Of a DNA stretch of 20,111 bases, positions 17,239 through 20,111 are shown piece after piece; position 1 is the stretch's first letter; each line of letters starts with the position of its first letter. The position numbers and the translations under genes were made by a program. The DNA comes from Limisphaerales bacterium (lineage in GTDB: Bacteria > Verrucomicrobiota > Verrucomicrobiia > Limisphaerales > JAJOIW01), in NCBI GenBank assembly GCA_965657355.1, contig CBFHOE010000001.1, forward strand, positions 370,128 to 390,238, written 5' to 3'. Below the pieces are notes generated by a model. The model searched no databases. It had not been told where the DNA came from and saw nothing but the letters and a program-made list of their open reading frames with translations.

Positions 17239-17667
17239 CTATAAATGTCCATTTGTATTAGCAGGGCTATCTAAATAAGTCTGCAATATGATTGAAGCAG
17301 CTGCGGCATCTACAGATTCCCTTTTCTTTTTTCCTTTTATTCCAACAGCTGTTAAAGACTTGTTGGCTTGAGTGGAAGTCAACCTCTCGTCTATGAAATG
17401 GATGGGAAGCTGCGTGTATGACTTTAATTCAGATACAAATTTTTTGACCTTTTCTGCGGCGGGTCCATACGTGCCATTCATATTTCGCGGCATACCTACG
17501 ATGATTATTTTTACGTCATTTTCGGTTATGATCCGAAGAAGTTCTTCAAAAAGCTTTTTTGGCGGCTCCGCCGGTATGAAGCACAATGGTTGAGCTAACA
17601 TTTGTAATTCATCGGAGATGGCTATCCCAATCCGCACCGTTCCATGATCGATTCCGAGAATCCTCAT
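17239..17667 (-). CDS. ruvX: RuvX/YqgF family nuclease (putative pre-16S rRNA nuclease / Holliday junction resolvase-like)
   Basis: ILGIDHGTVRIGIAISD, IVGMP, IDERLTS and VDAAAASIILQ. Confidence 0.96.
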   Translation of the reverse strand: MRILGIDHGTVRIGIAISDELQMLAQPLCFIPAEPPKKLFEELLRIITENDVKIIIVGMPRNMNGTYGPAAEKVKKFVSELKSYTQLPIHFIDERLTSTQANKSLTAVGIKGKKKRESVDAAAASIILQTYLDSPANTNGHL

Positions 17668-17668
17668 T

Positions 17669-18964
17669 TTATATTAGTGATTTGAAGACTTCAGAAGCTG
17701 CTTGTATTGTCTTTTCGATGTCTTGCGGTGTATGAGCTGCCGATATGAACCCCGCTTCAAATTGTGAAGGGGCAAAATAGATGTTTCTATCGAGCATTGC
17801 ATGGAAAAAGCGGCTAAACATATCACGATCTGTTTTCATTGCATCCGAGAGATTGCAGACCTCCGAGCTGGTAAAGTATCCGCAGAACATGGACCCAACT
17901 CTGTAGAATTTTACTGGTATGCTTGAAGATTTAGCGGCTGATTTCATTCCCTCTTCGAGTTGTTGCCCTAAATTATCCAGGCGATTATATGCTTCCGATG
18001 AGCTTAGCTCTGTTAGAGCTGTGATACCAGCAGCCATCGCAAGTGGATTTCCACTCAAAGTTCCGGCTTGATAAACTGGTCCCAAAGGGGCCAGACAATC
18101 CATAATTTGTGTTTTGCCCCCCAGGGCACCAACAGGTAGCCCGCCACCAATTATTTTTCCAAAAGTTGACAAATCCGGTTCTATTCCGAAAAGGCTTTGC
18201 GCACCACCCAGTCCCAGCCTGAATCCCGTCATAACTTCGTCAAATATGAGAACAGCTGAATATTTTTCTGTAATTTCCCTCAGAAATTCCAGGAATCCAT
18301 CTCTTGGAAATATCAGGCCTGCATTTGCTGGTATGGGCTCTAAAATAATACCGGCAATATCGTCGCTGTGTTCCTGGAATGCCTTTTCAACTCCCAGTTT
18401 ATCATTAAAGTTGAGCACAATTGTGTGCTCCGTAAATTCTTTTGGGACTCCGGCACTGTCCGGCTGTCCCAAAGTTAAAGCTCCAGAGCCAGCCTTTACC
18501 AATAAGCTATCTGCATGCCCATGATAACACCCCGCAAATTTTATTATTTTCGAACGTCCAGTGTAGCCTCGTGCAAGCCTAATGGCAGACATGCATGCCT
18601 CTGTTCCGCTGTTGCACATCCGTACTTTTTCAACACTAGGAACTGATTCGCAGACCAATTTTGCCATCGTCACTTCGTGAGGATTGGGAATGCCAAATGA
18701 CGTGCCCAACTCTGCTTTTTCCTGGATGGCTTGAATTATTTTTGGATGAGCGTGTCCCAGAATCGCCGGCCCCCACGTTCCGACATAATCTAAAATTTGA
18801 TTATCGTTAGCATCATAGACGTGCGCTCCTTTTGCGGATTGGACAAAAAAAGGAGTGCCTCCCACTGCTCTGAAGGCCCTAACTGGCGAATTTACGCCAC
18901 CAGGTATCCATTTAAGTGCCTCTTTGAATAATTTTTCAGATTTTTCCCTATCTGGCATATGCAA
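17669..18964 (-). CDS. hemL: Glutamate-1-semialdehyde 2,1-aminomutase
   Basis: IPGGVNSPVRAF, NSGTEA, GCYHGHAD, FDEVMTGFR, PLP-Lys motif TFGKIIGGGLP and YQAGTLSGNP. The start is TTG 18964 or ATG 18958. Confidence 0.98.
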   Translation of the reverse strand: MHMPDREKSEKLFKEALKWIPGGVNSPVRAFRAVGGTPFFVQSAKGAHVYDANDNQILDYVGTWGPAILGHAHPKIIQAIQEKAELGTSFGIPNPHEVTMAKLVCESVPSVEKVRMCNSGTEACMSAIRLARGYTGRSKIIKFAGCYHGHADSLLVKAGSGALTLGQPDSAGVPKEFTEHTIVLNFNDKLGVEKAFQEHSDDIAGIILEPIPANAGLIFPRDGFLEFLREITEKYSAVLIFDEVMTGFRLGLGGAQSLFGIEPDLSTFGKIIGGGLPVGALGGKTQIMDCLAPLGPVYQAGTLSGNPLAMAAGITALTELSSSEAYNRLDNLGQQLEEGMKSAAKSSSIPVKFYRVGSMFCGYFTSSEVCNLSDAMKTDRDMFSRFFHAMLDRNIYFAPSQFEAGFISAAHTPQDIEKTIQAASEVFKSLI

Positions 18965-18976
18965 ATAGCATACCTC

Positions 18977-18982
18977 ATTATA
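18977..18982 (-). promoter_or_regulatory. Candidate -10 box of the hemL-ruvX-truA-trmL unit
   Basis: Perfect TATAAT on the minus strand 12 nt upstream of the hemL TTG, in an AT-rich divergent gap. No convincing -35. Confidence 0.4.
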
Positions 18983-19114
18983 GGATTTTTTTTGATAATT
19001 TTCTTTGGCAGAGAAATTTCAAATATTCATCAAAATACTTCATTAATAACTTTCACCAATGATTCTTTACCTGGATTGTAGTCAATTAAGCGAATAGGGT
19101 TAGATTATTATAGG

Positions 19115-20111
19115 ATGAAAAAATCTAGGGTGAAAATACTTTTGGCCTCTTCTTTTTTATTGGCGATGATCTTTCGGGGGCTTATTGCTCAGGATGTGAT
19201 ATTCAGTGAGATTCATTACAATCCCACACCTTTGTCGGCAGACGAAGAAGCAGCTGGAATGACCGATATTAGCGATTTTGAATTTATAGAAATTTATAAT
19301 GCAGAGGAATCCCCAGTTAACATAAGTGGTTGGAGACTTCACTCGGCTGTGGAATATATATTCCCCGATGGATCAATTATTGGTGCCAATAGTTACATGG
19401 TTATTGCGAAAGATGAGGATGTATTGCCCAGCCGGCACCAAGGGTTGGAAGTCGCAGGTGATTACAAAGGCAAACTCGCAAATGAAGGTGAGCGTCTTGT
19501 TCTTTACAATGAAGAAAATCAAATTGTCGATCAAGTGACCTATTCGTTCGAGTCCCCGTGGCCGAAATTCGCCAACGGGAACGGGGGATCCTTGGTGCGC
19601 AAAGAATGGTTATCTGGTAATTCAGGGGCATCAGCGTGGTGTGCGAGTCGAACCATTGAGGGAACGCCAGGGAATCCTGCTCAGTTAGACCCAGGCCCCG
19701 TCATCATCAACGAGATTTTAGCCCATACCGACCTACCCCTTGAGGATGCCATTGAACTAATGAATCTTACTGAAGAGGACATCTCATTGGGAGATTGGTT
19801 TTTAAGCGATTCGATCACAGAGCCAAAAAAGTATCGCATCCCAAATGGTTTTTCGGTTAGCCCAAAAGATTTTATTGTGTTTTATCAGCAACAATTTGGT
19901 GAGCCTTTCAATCCACTCGTTCCTTTCTCTTTTAATTCCGCAAAAGGAGATGCCGTTTATCTCTTTCAAACCGACGCTCAGGGGAAAATTATCAGATTAG
20001 CCGATTCGCTTGTTTTCCCGCCAACTGAAAATGGAGTTAGCTTCGGACGCTATCCTGATGGGGCTAGTGATTTGGTTAATTTAGAATTACCAACTTTCGG
20101 AGCGGGAGTCA
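19115..20111 (+). CDS. Secreted lamin-tail-domain (LTD) protein with at least two tandem LTDs (3'-partial)
   Basis: Translated by hand from ATG 19115 with no stop before the window end: MKKSRVKILLASSFLLAMIFRGLIAQ (signal peptide), DVIFSEIHYNP...EFIEIYN...VNISGWRL...LANEGERLVL...VDQVTY...GTPG, then VIINEILAH...DAIELMN...ISLGDWFLSD...SFGRYPDG. Confidence 0.9.
   Translation, partial: MKKSRVKILLASSFLLAMIFRGLIAQDVIFSEIHYNPTPLSADEEAAGMTDISDFEFIEIYNAEESPVNISGWRLHSAVEYIFPDGSIIGANSYMVIAKDEDVLPSRHQGLEVAGDYKGKLANEGERLVLYNEENQIVDQVTYSFESPWPKFANGNGGSLVRKEWLSGNSGASAWCASRTIEGTPGNPAQLDPGPVIINEILAHTDLPLEDAIELMNLTEEDISLGDWFLSDSITEPKKYRIPNGFSVSPKDFIVFYQQQFGEPFNPLVPFSFNSAKGDAVYLFQTDAQGKIIRLADSLVFPPTENGVSFGRYPDGASDLVNLELPTFGAGV

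Noticed and set aside
16013..18524. Plus-strand ORFs within trmL, truA, ruvX and hemL
   Set aside because: Antisense to conserved housekeeping genes, with no independent support.
19157..19631. Small ORFs 19157..19342, 19326..19538 and 19401..19631
   Set aside because: All lie inside the LTD gene starting at 19115, in other frames or on the opposite strand.
19610..19640. SGAS in the LTD protein as a possible ApbE flavinylation site
   Set aside because: It lacks the upstream Asp of Dxx(S/T)GA(S/T) and is not within an FMN-binding domain.
1..20111. tRNA/rRNA genes, CRISPR arrays, IS elements, prophage or defence genes
   Set aside because: Intergenic gaps are at most about 150 bp and show no cloverleaf, repeat-spacer pattern or terminal inverted repeats by eye. 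No ORF has transposase, integrase or Cas motifs, and RuvX here is the housekeeping YqgF type.

Overview
An AT-rich, very gene-dense bacterial chromosomal segment with 18 protein-coding genes. The gene families present (FG-GAP/ASPIC-UnbV lipoprotein, vWA-GATase membrane protein, tandem lamin-tail-domain protein) suggest a PVC-superphylum organism, probably Verrucomicrobiota; this is inference only. In order: partial tctB and tctA, a small TPR-like membrane protein, a 7-repeat FG-GAP lipoprotein, cinA, a GH114/TM1410-like glycosidase, a beta-hydroxyacid dehydrogenase, apbE-panC, an M24 Xaa-Pro peptidase, a minus-strand trio (vWA/GATase-like membrane protein, caspase-fold protein lacking its catalytic Cys, sulfite-oxidase-family Mo domain fused to pentapeptide repeats), a hemL-ruvX-truA-trmL run, and a secreted multi-LTD protein that runs off the right edge and is absent from the supplied ORF track. 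I saw no rRNA, tRNA, CRISPR array, IS element or phage gene. Most of the window is housekeeping. The best candidate for an uncharacterised system is the trio at 11318-15831, but novelty cannot be established without database searches.
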